Source: Myxococcota bacterium
GTDB taxonomy: Bacteria; Myxococcota_A; UBA796; CAJQPC01
Direction: 5' to 3'
Assembly (NCBI GenBank): GCA_036012755.1
Contig: DASCPX010000047.1
Location: forward strand, 70,560 to 134,559
Length of the DNA stretch: 64,000 nucleotides
Below, one piece after another: positions 48,557-58,191 of the stretch; positions within the stretch are counted from its first letter, which is position 1, and each line of letters starts with the position of its first letter. Position numbers and translations under genes: made by a program. Below the pieces are notes generated by a model, which did no database searches, was not told the DNA's origin, and saw only the letters and a program-made list of their open reading frames with translations.

Positions 48557-48693
48557 AGCGGGACTACCTCACCCCCATCGTCGCCCTGCTGCTGCTGGCG
48601 GCGATGGTGACCTTCAGCGTGACGGGCGACCGCAATGACAAGGCCTGGGAGTTCGCGGTCACCCAGGTCAAGGGCTGGACCGGCAGCGACTAG
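48553..48693 (+). CDS. 46-aa small membrane protein (not in ORF track)
   Basis: GTGA overlap with imuA stop; MKRDYLTPIVALLLLAAMVTFSVTGDRNDKAWEFAVTQVKGWTGSD; high GC at third positions. Confidence 0.6.
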   Translation: MKRDYLTPIVALLLLAAMVTFSVTGDRNDKAWEFAVTQVKGWTGSD

Positions 48694-48894
48694 TACCCCC
48701 GATCGGAAGTCGCAACGCGACTCCCGATGGCGCTGGGCGCCCGCCGCTTCGCGGCGCTGGGGGCACTCGTTTTCTCCTCTGGGGGGCCCGCCCCCCGCGC
48801 CTTCGGCGCCCCCCCCCGGCGGCCCGCTTCGCGTGCCGTAGTTCCCGCAACGAGACGGTTGACGAGGTTCGGGACTTCGGATTGCGGGAACTAG
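48690..48894. mobile_element. MITE/REP-like element (~205 bp) with imperfect terminal inverted repeats and CTAG at both ends
   Basis: Left ctagtacccccgatcggaagtc versus right reverse complement ctagttcccgcaatccgaagtc (18/22 match); several internal hairpins; no transposase. Confidence 0.6.
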
Positions 48895-48912
48895 CAGAGG
48901 TCGTGCACGGTG

Positions 48913-48936
48913 CCGATTCACCGATTCACCGATTCA
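48913..48936 (+). repeat. Tandem repeat (ccgattca)x3
   Basis: Read directly from the sequence. Confidence 0.8.
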
Positions 48937-49302
48937 TGTCGGCGCTGAGTAGCCTGGGCAGCGAAGCCAGAGGTCGCGCTTGGAGAAGGGGCACTCGCCT
49001 CTGTGCGAGCTCTTGCAGCGATAGACCAGGGCAGCCTCTCGAATGCCTGGAACGGCCTTCTGCAAGCCGACGAAGAGCACCACGCAGCCGGTGACCGCGC
49101 CGTCGGCGCTCAGGATGCCCTGCTCGTTGAGACGAACCTCGTGAGCGCAGATGATGCGCGACTCGTTGGCCATGGCTCCTGCACGACTGTGCGAACTCGT
49201 CCTGAGCTCGAGTCGATCCTCGCAGACCTTGAGACGCTTGTCATCCACAGACACCTCTGATCTCCCGTCTGCAGGCGGTCACTTTCTGGCAGGACCCTCG
49301 AA

Positions 49303-49322
49303 TATACTGAACAGGCTTTCAG
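49303..49322 (+). promoter_or_regulatory. Second LexA-like box and -10 element upstream of imuB
   Basis: TATACT overlapping CTGAAC-AGGC-TTTCAG (49307-49322). Confidence 0.7.
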
Positions 49323-49334
49323 TCGCGAGGCACG

Positions 49335-50876
49335 ATGCGGCACAAGAAAACCCTGTCCCTCCCGGGCATCCCTCGGGACGAAGACACACCTGCGTCTTCA
49401 CCAGGTCCCAGGACGAAGAGGCGCTTCCTTGTCGCCCATCTCCCGTGCTTCCGCCTCGAGCGCTGTGGCTGGCGAGCGGATGAAGCCGTCGTGCTGCTGG
49501 CGGAGGAGAGGAGCGCTCTGCGCGTCCAGGCGATGACCGGCGAGGCCTCGAGGATGGGCATCCGGAAGGGCATGGCGATCGCAGAGGCCCGCGTGCTGAA
49601 CGACGACAGGGTGCTGGAGGTCGAGCTGGCCCCTGATCCAGAGGAGGAGGCTCGTGACCTCCAGGCCCTGTCCAGGCTTCTCGACCCCCTCTCTCCCGAG
49701 CACCGAGCCCTTGGTGAGGACGCGCTGTTCGTCGAGCTCAGCCGCTCCAGGCGGAGCGAGGGCGAGTGCCTGAGACGAGCCCGGGAGATCCTCGAGGAGG
49801 TAGGCCACAGCTGTCAGATCGTCATCGCGGACGAACCAGCGGGCGCCCTCGCGCTCGCGGCACACGGAGGAGGGCACCGCGTCGTCCCGCCGGGGCAGCT
49901 GCCCAGGGCCCTCTCGAAACTCCCGGTCGCTGCGCTCGAGCCGCTAGAGGACGTCCGAGAATCGCTGCAGTCCGTCGGAGTCCTGAAGCTGGGCCAGCTC
50001 GCCGCGCTCCCTGCCGCCTCGGTGGCTCGTCGCTTCGGGGCAGAGGGGCTTCGGCTCCATCGCATCGCGCGCGGAGAGGCACCGCTGTTGCCCACCGCCT
50101 CCTTGCCCTCCAGCGCGACCCTCGTCCTGAGGCGCCAGCTGCCAGAGCCCGTGATCCAGCTCGAGGCGGTCGTCTTCGTGCTCAACGACCTCGTCGCGCG
50201 CCTCCAGCAGGTGCTCTCCGCTGCCGAGCGGGCTGCCGTGAGGCTCCAGCTGAGGCTGGGTCTCGAGGACTCCCCGGACTTCCTCCTCCCGATCCGCCTG
50301 GGTCAACCTCGCCGGGGAGCGAGGGAGCTCATGGAGGTCCTGCGCAAGCGCCTGGAGGGGGTCAGGCTGCGCAGCACCGTCACGGACGTCGCCATAGAGG
50401 TCCTCGAGGACGTGGCCTTCCTCGGCCGCCAGCGGGGGCTGTTGGACCGTCGAGATGCCAGGGAATCCCTGGGAGATCTGCTCGGCCGACTCGCAGACAC
50501 GCTGGGAGAGCAGAGCCTGTTTTCGCCACAGCCCGTAGAGCGCCACCGACCGGAGTGCTCCTGGGCCGCCCGGGTCTTCAGGGAGCGCGCCCGGGAGCCC
50601 ATCCGGGCAGAGGGAGCACAGAGGCCCTGCGTCCTCCTCCGCGACCCGCTGCCGCTCCGTGTCGAGGGCGATCCGATCACTGCCGTCGAGATCGAGGGGC
50701 GCTGGTGTCGGGTCGATGACCTCGAGTCACGGCTGCCCGAGCGCCTCTGCGGCGAGTGGTGGGAGGACGACTACCTGCGTGACTACTACACAGCGACGCT
50801 CTGCGACGGGCGACGGGCGTGGTTCTTCCAGGACCACGAGACCGGCGAGTGGTGGCTCCACGGCTGGTGGGACTGA
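49335..50876 (+). CDS. imuB: ImuB, inactive Y-family polymerase
   Basis: GIRKGMAIAEAR, LGQLAALP.ASVARRFG, clamp-binding-like QRGLL, PERLCGEWW..RDYY, WWLHGWWD. Confidence 0.93.
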   Translation: MRHKKTLSLPGIPRDEDTPASSPGPRTKRRFLVAHLPCFRLERCGWRADEAVVLLAEERSALRVQAMTGEASRMGIRKGMAIAEARVLNDDRVLEVELAPDPEEEARDLQALSRLLDPLSPEHRALGEDALFVELSRSRRSEGECLRRAREILEEVGHSCQIVIADEPAGALALAAHGGGHRVVPPGQLPRALSKLPVAALEPLEDVRESLQSVGVLKLGQLAALPAASVARRFGAEGLRLHRIARGEAPLLPTASLPSSATLVLRRQLPEPVIQLEAVVFVLNDLVARLQQVLSAAERAAVRLQLRLGLEDSPDFLLPIRLGQPRRGARELMEVLRKRLEGVRLRSTVTDVAIEVLEDVAFLGRQRGLLDRRDARESLGDLLGRLADTLGEQSLFSPQPVERHRPECSWAARVFRERAREPIRAEGAQRPCVLLRDPLPLRVEGDPITAVEIEGRWCRVDDLESRLPERLCGEWWEDDYLRDYYTATLCDGRRAWFFQDHETGEWWLHGWWD

Positions 50877-53800
50877 TGTTCGTCGAGCTGTGTTGCCAGA
50901 CCGCCTTCTCCTTCCTGGAGGGCGCCTCGATGCCAGAGGAGCTCGTGCGAGAGGCCGCGGGGCTCGGCATGTCCTCTCTCGGCATCTGCGACCGGGATGG
51001 TGTCTACGGCATGGTGCGTGCCTGGAAGACGGGCCGCGAGGTCGGGGTAGACGTGCTCCACGGGGCTCTCCTCAGCCTGCGAGATCCCAGGGCCACGGTC
51101 GTCGGCAAGGGCAAGGGCCCGGACCGGACGGGCATCGTCGAGGTCATCATCTACGCAGAGGACGAGGAGGGCTGGGCGTCGCTGTGCGAGCTCCTGTCCC
51201 TGGGGCGAGCCGACCAGAAGAAGGGCAACTCGCTGCTCGATCTCGATCAGCTCCTGGACAACACGGATGGACTCCTGGCCCTCGTGGACGGGAGCTGGCC
51301 CGCCGAGCCGATCAGCGAGGCGATGCCTGTCTGGGTGACGGTCTCCCGCCTGCTGCGCGCGGACGACAGAGGGCGTGAGCAAGAGGCACGAGCCTTCGCT
51401 CGCAGGATCGGGCGTCCGCTGCTCGCGACGAATCGACCCCTGGCGCACACTCGAGGGCGGCAGAAGCTGCAGGACACGCTCACCTGCATCCGCAACCGCA
51501 GGACCATCGAGAAAGCCGGGCACCTGCTCCAGTCCAACGCGGAGCGCCACCTGAAGGCCGCGAGCATGCAGGCCCTCTTCCTCGACCAGCCGGACTGGCT
51601 GCGAAACACGCACGATGTCGCCGAGCGCTGCCGGTTCCGTCTCGACCAGCTCCACTACCAGTACCCGAGCGAGGTCGTTCCGCCCGGACACACGGCCATG
51701 AGCTGGCTGCGAGTGCTCGTGGCAGAGGGCAGCAGCTGGCGCTGGCCGGAGGGAGCACCCGAGTCCGTGCTGGCTCTGATCGAGCACGAGCTCCGGCTCA
51801 TCGAGGAGATGGACTTCCCCGCCTACTTCCTCACCGTCTACGACATCGTCCGCTTCGCCAGAGAGCGCCACATCCTCTGCCAGGGCCGGGGAAGCGCCGC
51901 GAACTCCGTCGTCTGCTTCGTCCTGGGCATCACCGCGGTCGATCCGAGCCGACAGAGGGTGCTCTTCGAGCGCTTCATGTCCAAGGAACGTGCAGAGCCC
52001 CCCGACATCGACGTGGACTTCGAGCACGAGCGAAGGGAAGAGGTCATCCAGTACGTCTACGACAAGTACGGGCGCCACCGCGCCGCGATGGTCAACGAGA
52101 TCATCAGCTACCGTCCTCGCTCGGCGATACGGGACGTGGGCAAGGCCATGGGGCTGTCCCTGGACCAGGTCGACCGGCTCGCGAAGAACATCGACTGGTG
52201 GGACAAGGGCGGTCCCTCACTGGAGCGGGTCTCGGAGGTCGGGCTCGATCCGGCGGACCCCCGGATCGAGCACGCCCTCGAGCTCGCCGTGGAGATCCAG
52301 GGCTTCCCTCGTCACCTCTCGATCCACGTGGGAGGCTTCGTCATCTCGGAGGAGCCCCTCCGCGCTCGCTGCCCGATCGAGCCCGCCGCGATGGCTGACC
52401 GCACCGTCATCCAGTGGGACAAGGACGACATCGACGCCGTCGACTTCGTGAAGGTCGATGTCCTTGCGCTCGGCATCCTCACCGCCATCCGCAAGTGCTT
52501 CGACCTCATCAGGGAGCACCACGGTCACGACCTCGACCTCGCCTCGACCCCTGCCGAGGACCCCCACGTCTACGACATGATCTGCCGGGCGGACACGATG
52601 GGGACCTTCCAGATCGAGTCCAGGGCTCAGATGTCCATGCTGCCGAGGCTCAAGCCACGCTGCTTCTACGACCTCGTGGTGGAGGTCAGCATCGTGCGCC
52701 CCGGCCCCATCCAGGGCGGCATGGTGCACCCCTACCTGGACAGGCGCACCGGCGTCGAGCCGGTCCGCTACGCCCACCCTGACCTCGAGCCCATCCTCGC
52801 GCGGACCCTCGGTGTGCCCATCTTCCAGGAGCAGGTCATGGAGATGGCGATGACGGTCGGCGGCTTCTCGGCTGGAGAAGCGGACGAGCTGCGACGGGCC
52901 ATGGGCGCGTGGAGGAAGCGCGGTGGCCTCGAGCCGCTCGTGAAGCGCCTGCGCCACAACATGGAGGAGCGCGGCCTCGATCCGAACTACGCGAGGCAGG
53001 TCGCCAAGCAGATCATCGGCTTCGGCGAGTACGGCTTCCCCGAATCCCACGCGGCCAGCTTCGCCCTCCTCGTCTACGTCAGCTGCTACCTGAAGCACTA
53101 CTTCCCTGCTGCCTTCTGCGCCTCGCTGCTCAACGCGCAGCCGATGGGCTTCTACGGCCCACGCAACCTCATCGACGGTGCTCGCCGCCACGGGGTCGAG
53201 GCCCGTGGGGTGCGCATCTCCATCTCGAGCTGGGACAACACCTTGGAGCCCGATGGACGCGCCGACCCGCTCGAGGGCGGAGAAGGCGGGGTCGTCGCGC
53301 AGGGCGTCGCGCTGAGGATGGGCCTTCGCCAGATCTCGGGGCTGGGAGAGGAGCACGGACGGCGCATCGAGGCGGCGCGCGAGGAGGCTCCCTTCCGAGA
53401 CGTGGCGGACCTGGCGAGGAGAGCACAGCTCGACCACAGAGCGCTCTTCACCCTCGCGAGGGCCGACGCCCTGTCCTGCTTCGGTCTCTCACGTCGGCAG
53501 GCGTGCTGGCAGGTCGAGGGCCTGTGGACCTCGACCACCCCCCTTTTCGCGGGTCTTCCGACCGGAGATGCCGAACAGACTCTACCGGTGGCCACCGCCT
53601 ACGAGGAGCTCCAGCAGGACTACCTGGCCACCGGGCTCTCCTTGGAGAAGCACCCGATCGGCCTGACCCGTGCCCTCCTGGATCGGGAAGGGGTGGTTCG
53701 GATCGAGGATCTCGCCGATCACGAGCCGGGAGATCGGATCTGCATCGCAGGGCTCGTCGTGAACCGGCAGCGTCCGGGTACGGCGAACGGTGTCGTGTTC

Positions 53801-54007
53801 ATGACTCTGGAAGACGAGACCGGCATGGCGAACTTGGTCGTCTGGCCCAAGCTCTATTCGCGACAAAGGCGCGTTGTACGCGCTGAACCGCTGATCAAGG
53901 TCTGGGGGGAACTCCAACGCGAACAAGACGCCTTCTCCGTCGTCGCCCACCGCTTCCAGGGCCTGCCCCAACAGCGGGTGGTCGCTCCGAGCAGGGACTT
54001 CCGCTGA
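50876..54007 (+). CDS. dnaE2: Error-prone DNA polymerase III alpha (ImuC)
   Basis: FSFLEGAS.PEEL, CQGRGSAANS, PPDIDVDFEH, PRHLSIHVGG, FQIESRAQM, YGFPESHA, C-terminal SRDFR. Confidence 0.97.
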   Translation: MFVELCCQTAFSFLEGASMPEELVREAAGLGMSSLGICDRDGVYGMVRAWKTGREVGVDVLHGALLSLRDPRATVVGKGKGPDRTGIVEVIIYAEDEEGWASLCELLSLGRADQKKGNSLLDLDQLLDNTDGLLALVDGSWPAEPISEAMPVWVTVSRLLRADDRGREQEARAFARRIGRPLLATNRPLAHTRGRQKLQDTLTCIRNRRTIEKAGHLLQSNAERHLKAASMQALFLDQPDWLRNTHDVAERCRFRLDQLHYQYPSEVVPPGHTAMSWLRVLVAEGSSWRWPEGAPESVLALIEHELRLIEEMDFPAYFLTVYDIVRFARERHILCQGRGSAANSVVCFVLGITAVDPSRQRVLFERFMSKERAEPPDIDVDFEHERREEVIQYVYDKYGRHRAAMVNEIISYRPRSAIRDVGKAMGLSLDQVDRLAKNIDWWDKGGPSLERVSEVGLDPADPRIEHALELAVEIQGFPRHLSIHVGGFVISEEPLRARCPIEPAAMADRTVIQWDKDDIDAVDFVKVDVLALGILTAIRKCFDLIREHHGHDLDLASTPAEDPHVYDMICRADTMGTFQIESRAQMSMLPRLKPRCFYDLVVEVSIVRPGPIQGGMVHPYLDRRTGVEPVRYAHPDLEPILARTLGVPIFQEQVMEMAMTVGGFSAGEADELRRAMGAWRKRGGLEPLVKRLRHNMEERGLDPNYARQVAKQIIGFGEYGFPESHAASFALLVYVSCYLKHYFPAAFCASLLNAQPMGFYGPRNLIDGARRHGVEARGVRISISSWDNTLEPDGRADPLEGGEGGVVAQGVALRMGLRQISGLGEEHGRRIEAAREEAPFRDVADLARRAQLDHRALFTLARADALSCFGLSRRQACWQVEGLWTSTTPLFAGLPTGDAEQTLPVATAYEELQQDYLATGLSLEKHPIGLTRALLDREGVVRIEDLADHEPGDRICIAGLVVNRQRPGTANGVVFMTLEDETGMANLVVWPKLYSRQRRVVRAEPLIKVWGELQREQDAFSVVAHRFQGLPQQRVVAPSRDFR

Positions 54008-54101
54008 AGGCAGCGTTTCGGGAGGCTTTCGCGACGATCGGATTGGCTTCTTTCCCGCAACGTCCACGCGTATCGTGGGCGAACTCCTACCCCCGAAGGC
54101 A

Positions 54102-55268
54102 ATGAAGGCGCTCGACTACAGCGACATCAGCCAGTTCCTTTCCTCGGTGGGCCGCGACTCCCTCTTCGACTACTACGGCGTCCGAGCCGATGCGCCCTCG
54201 CCGGTCATCGAGCAAGCCCTCGCCGAGCGCCGCCGGTGGGCCCAGGCGCAGCAGTCGAACCCCAAGTACCGCCGCGAGGCCGTGTGGCTCATCCGCCACA
54301 ACGCCCACCTCAAGCAGCTCCTTCTCCAGGAACGCGAGCGGTACATCGAGGAGATCGAGGGCGACAAGGAGCAGGCGAACCTCGAGTTCCTCTCCCTGTT
54401 CATCCGCGGCACGATGTTCAGCGGCACCTTCACCGACGAGGCCGAGGAGGCCATTCGCCGCCAGGCTGCGAGCCTCGCCATCACCGACGAGGTCCTCGAA
54501 GCGCGGATCGAGCAGCTGCTCGACGAAAACGACGCGATGCGCGTCGACAACGGCGTGCGGACACCACCGCCCAAGATCGTCATCCAGGCGCCCCCTCCCC
54601 GCCAACCCCCGGCGGGGCCCTCGAGCCCCGGCGCCGCCGCGATGCTCGCGAGCGTCATCCGCGACGCGCTGTCCAACGGCCACATCCCAAGCGAGGAGCT
54701 CAACCGCATCCTCGCTGACGGGCAGGCACGACAGCTCACCGAGGCGGACCTGTTGGCGCAGGTGCAGCGAGCCGTCGCCGAGTTCACGACCAGGGTCCTC
54801 GGACCGCCCCCCAAGCGCCCCGCACAGCGCCCGCAGCCGCCGGTCGGCGCCCGTACCGTCAGCGGCCAGCGGGCTCAGGCCCCGGTCCGGACCACCCCCG
54901 TCCGGGAGCGCTCCGACGCCATCCGCGATCTCGTCGATACCCTGCGCGGCGCCATGCTCCAGGGTGTGCTCGGGGAGCCCACGCTCCGTGCCATGCGGAG
55001 CCGTGGTCTCTCCCTCGGCCTCGAGGTCGACACGGTCCACGCGCTGCTCGACGAGGCCCGCCGCCGCCTGGGCGCCTACCGCGACGGCCGCGAGGACCCC
55101 TACCAGGCCCTGGGACTCGGCCCCCACCTCCCGATCCGGGAGCTACAGCGCGCCTACCGCGAGCTCCGCGACTGGGCCTGGTCCCACCCGGACCCGCAGC
55201 AGTGCGCCCAGACCTCGATCCGCCTCGACGCCGCCTGGTGCGTCATCCAGGAGCACTCGGAGGCCTAG
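54102..55268 (+). CDS. Hypothetical protein with J-domain-like modules and a Pro-rich linker
   Basis: C-terminal DPYQALGL..ELQRAYREL..HPD..RLDAAW; N-terminal FDYYGV module; start 54075 or 54102. Confidence 0.65.
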   Translation: MKALDYSDISQFLSSVGRDSLFDYYGVRADAPSPVIEQALAERRRWAQAQQSNPKYRREAVWLIRHNAHLKQLLLQERERYIEEIEGDKEQANLEFLSLFIRGTMFSGTFTDEAEEAIRRQAASLAITDEVLEARIEQLLDENDAMRVDNGVRTPPPKIVIQAPPPRQPPAGPSSPGAAAMLASVIRDALSNGHIPSEELNRILADGQARQLTEADLLAQVQRAVAEFTTRVLGPPPKRPAQRPQPPVGARTVSGQRAQAPVRTTPVRERSDAIRDLVDTLRGAMLQGVLGEPTLRAMRSRGLSLGLEVDTVHALLDEARRRLGAYRDGREDPYQALGLGPHLPIRELQRAYRELRDWAWSHPDPQQCAQTSIRLDAAWCVIQEHSEA

Positions 55269-56608
55269 GCCAGCGCAGCGCGAGCCGCGAACACCCCCGA
55301 GGCACCGCTGGAAGCGAGCCCCGGGTGACAGCCCTCCGAGCCCAGGTACAAGCCAGCGATCGCTGTCGCGTGGCGAGACAGGCCGGGGGTCGGCCGCAGG
55401 CTGTAGAGCTGGTCCAGCGCAAGCTCGCCGTGGAGCAGGTGGCCTCCCTCGAGGCCGTACTCGGACTCCAGATCCGCTGGCGTCAGGAGGCGGTGACCCT
55501 CGAGCTCCAGGCCAGAGACGGCCTCGTGCAAGGCCGCGAGCACCCGCTGTCGCAGGCCATCCCGAGCCCCGTCGCTCCAGCCGCCGTCGAGCTCGTAGGG
55601 AGCTCCGAACGCCAGGACCGACAGGCACCCGTCGACGACGCGGATGTCCAGGACGGGCTTGCGCGGCAGCCGGCGGTGCTTGACGTCGTCGAAGGCTCGC
55701 TCGATGTCGTCGAGACCGCTGGCGGTGCGGAGCCGCTTCCTGTCGCCGATGGAGCCGGGATCTGCCAGGTCGATATCCATCTTTGCGACGCAGCCGCGCA
55801 GCCGGACGCAGTCGACGTCGCGCTCGGTCAGCGGGGGTAGCCACATCGGGTCGACGAGGCCGAGGAGGGTTCGGCGGGGTCCGAGGGTGGAGATGACCGT
55901 CTCCGCTTCCAGGAGCTCCTCGCCCAGGCGCACTCCGTGACAGCCGGAGCCGTCGACCTCGAGGCCCGAGACGACGGTGTCGGTGCGGAAGGTCACTCCC
56001 ACACATGCCTTCTCCAGGGCCTCGACCAGGGCCCCGGAGCCCCCGGCGACCTCGTCCCCTCGAGCGCACTCGTGGATCAACAGCGGCGTGGTGCTGCTCG
56101 GGGAGCGCGGGCCCATCCAGGTGTGGAGCAGCGCAGGCAACGCCATGGAAGCAGCGAGCGCCGGGTCGCTGGTGTGCTCGGCGAGGAAGTCGGCTGCGCA
56201 GGTGGGGGCGACGCGCAACAGCTCCATCATCACGCTGGGACCGAGCATGCGGAAGCCCAGCGCCGGTTTCAACAGCGGCCAGAGCGCTGCATCGCTGGAG
56301 ACCAGGGGCGCGGGACCGTCGAGGAGCGACAGCACGAAGGGACGGATGGCGTCGATGATCTCGGCGAGCGCGACAGGAGCCTCGATCGGGCCACCGGGGC
56401 CGTGCACCGGAGGGGGAGGGACGAGCTGGACGTCCAGACCCAGCTCCTCTACGACCCAGGGTCTCAACAGCTCCGTGTCATGGAGGATCCGGGCGCTGCC
56501 GCCGAGCTCCCGGCGAGCCTCGACGAGCGTCACGGTCTCGCCGGCTCTCGCGAGGACCGCGGCCGCGGCGAGGCCCTCCACCCCGCCTCCCAGGACGATG
56601 GCGCTCAC
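55265..56608 (-). CDS. Phytoene dehydrogenase-like FAD oxidoreductase, divergent subunit
   Basis: IVLGGGVEGLAAA, LTPADLE..YGL.GGH..HGEL.LDQL, GLYLGS.GCHPG. Confidence 0.85.
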   Translation of the reverse strand: MSAIVLGGGVEGLAAAAVLARAGETVTLVEARRELGGSARILHDTELLRPWVVEELGLDVQLVPPPPVHGPGGPIEAPVALAEIIDAIRPFVLSLLDGPAPLVSSDAALWPLLKPALGFRMLGPSVMMELLRVAPTCAADFLAEHTSDPALAASMALPALLHTWMGPRSPSSTTPLLIHECARGDEVAGGSGALVEALEKACVGVTFRTDTVVSGLEVDGSGCHGVRLGEELLEAETVISTLGPRRTLLGLVDPMWLPPLTERDVDCVRLRGCVAKMDIDLADPGSIGDRKRLRTASGLDDIERAFDDVKHRRLPRKPVLDIRVVDGCLSVLAFGAPYELDGGWSDGARDGLRQRVLAALHEAVSGLELEGHRLLTPADLESEYGLEGGHLLHGELALDQLYSLRPTPGLSRHATAIAGLYLGSEGCHPGLASSGASGVFAARAALA

Positions 56609-58191
56609 ACGGCCCCCCGCTTCAGCATCTCCTTGGCAGCGAGGGCGCCCGGAGCGGCCATGACGCCGCCGCCGGGGTGGGCCCCGGAGCCACAGAGCCA
56701 GAGGTTCTTCACAGGGGTCGCGTAGCGCGCCCAGCCCGCTGTCGGTCGCTGGAACAGGAGCTGATCGAGAGAGAGCTCACCGTGGAAGATGTTGCCCTCC
56801 GTGAGTCCCCACTGTTGCTCCATGTCCCACGGCGTCAGCACCTGCCGATGCAGGATGCTCTCCTTCAGCCCCGGACAGTACTCGGCCAGCGTGTCCACGA
56901 CCGCGTCTCCGAAGGCCTCGCGGCGCTCCGGCCAGTGGGACGGCCCCTCCTTGATCTCGTAGGGGGCGTACTGCACGAAGCAGCTCATGACGTGCTTGCC
57001 CGGGGGCGCCATAGTGCGGTCCAGCAGGCTGGGGAAGACGACGTTGATGTAGGGGCGCTTGGAGAAGTCGCCGTACTTGGCGTCGTCGTAGGCCCGCTCG
57101 AGGTAGTCGGTGCTCGGCGCGATCGCGACGTCGCCGCGGACGTGCGGGCCGTCGCCGGGCCGGCAAGAGAAGTCCGGGAAGCGGTCCAGCGCCATGTTGA
57201 CCTTGCCGCTGCTGCCGCGCAGCTTGAAGCGCTTGATCCCAGCAGCGAAGTCGTCGTCGAGGTGCTGCTCTCCGACCAGGCCGAGGAAGGTCAGGCGTGG
57301 CTCGCAGCCGCTGACGACGCAGCCCGCGCGGAGCTCGTCCCCGGACCCTTCGAGCACCACTCCGGTGGCTTCTCCGCCCTCTATGAGGATGCGCTCGACG
57401 GGGCTCTCCAGCCGGATCTCGGCGCCGAAGTGCCGGGCGGATGCGGCGATGGCCTCGCTCACCGCTCCCGTCCCACCGACAGGGAAGCCCCAGGCACGCG
57501 ACGAACCGTCGATCTCGCCCATGTAGTGGTGGAGCAGGACATAGGCGGTCCCGGGCGACTTCACGCCCAGGAAGGTGCCGATGATGCCGCTGCAGGACAT
57601 CGGGGCGATGAGCTGGTCCGACTCGAACCACTCGCGCAGGAAGTCCACGCCGCTCATCGTCGTGAGCTTGAACTGCAGCGCGCCGAGGTCGTCGCCGAGC
57701 TCTCGAAAGCGCTTGCCGAGCCCGAGGAGCTGGAGCAGGTCCCCCGGCATCATCGACTCCGGATCCGGGGCGTTTTCGTCGATGACGGGCTTGGTGAAGC
57801 GCGCGAGCTGACCCATCGTCTTGCCGAAGTGCGGGTAGATCTCCGCGTCCTTTGCGCTGAAGCGGGCGATCTCCCGACGGGTCAGGTCGGGATCCGGCCA
57901 GCGGCACAGCCCGGGGCCCTCGAGGTGCGGCGTGAACGAGCACTCCAGCGGCACGATGCGCAGGCCGAAGCGGGCGAGCTCCAGATCCCTGATGATCGCC
58001 GGCCGCAGCAGGCTCACGACGTAGGAGCAGACCGTGTAGCGGAAGCCCGGGTGGATCTCCTCGGTGCAAGCGACGCCGCCGACGACGTGCCGCTTCTCGA
58101 CCACGAGGACCTTGCGCCCGGCCTTCGCCAGGTAGGCGGCGCAGGTCAGCCCGTTGTGGCCGCCGCCGACGATGATGGCGTCGTACTTCAT
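56605..58191 (-). CDS. Phytoene dehydrogenase-like FAD oxidoreductase
   Basis: IIVGGGHNGLTCAAYLA, SYVVSLL, PGTAYVLLHH, GLTEGNIFHGEL, LCGSGAHPGGGV. Confidence 0.92.
   Translation of the reverse strand: MKYDAIIVGGGHNGLTCAAYLAKAGRKVLVVEKRHVVGGVACTEEIHPGFRYTVCSYVVSLLRPAIIRDLELARFGLRIVPLECSFTPHLEGPGLCRWPDPDLTRREIARFSAKDAEIYPHFGKTMGQLARFTKPVIDENAPDPESMMPGDLLQLLGLGKRFRELGDDLGALQFKLTTMSGVDFLREWFESDQLIAPMSCSGIIGTFLGVKSPGTAYVLLHHYMGEIDGSSRAWGFPVGGTGAVSEAIAASARHFGAEIRLESPVERILIEGGEATGVVLEGSGDELRAGCVVSGCEPRLTFLGLVGEQHLDDDFAAGIKRFKLRGSSGKVNMALDRFPDFSCRPGDGPHVRGDVAIAPSTDYLERAYDDAKYGDFSKRPYINVVFPSLLDRTMAPPGKHVMSCFVQYAPYEIKEGPSHWPERREAFGDAVVDTLAEYCPGLKESILHRQVLTPWDMEQQWGLTEGNIFHGELSLDQLLFQRPTAGWARYATPVKNLWLCGSGAHPGGGVMAAPGALAAKEMLKRGAV

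Noticed and set aside
48690..48894. Integron attC site
   Set aside because: No convincing RYYYAAC..GTTRRRY box structure, no integrase, no cassette array
55265..58191. Carotenoid biosynthesis (crtI)
   Set aside because: No crtB/E/Y nearby and coupled to a GcvT-like gene
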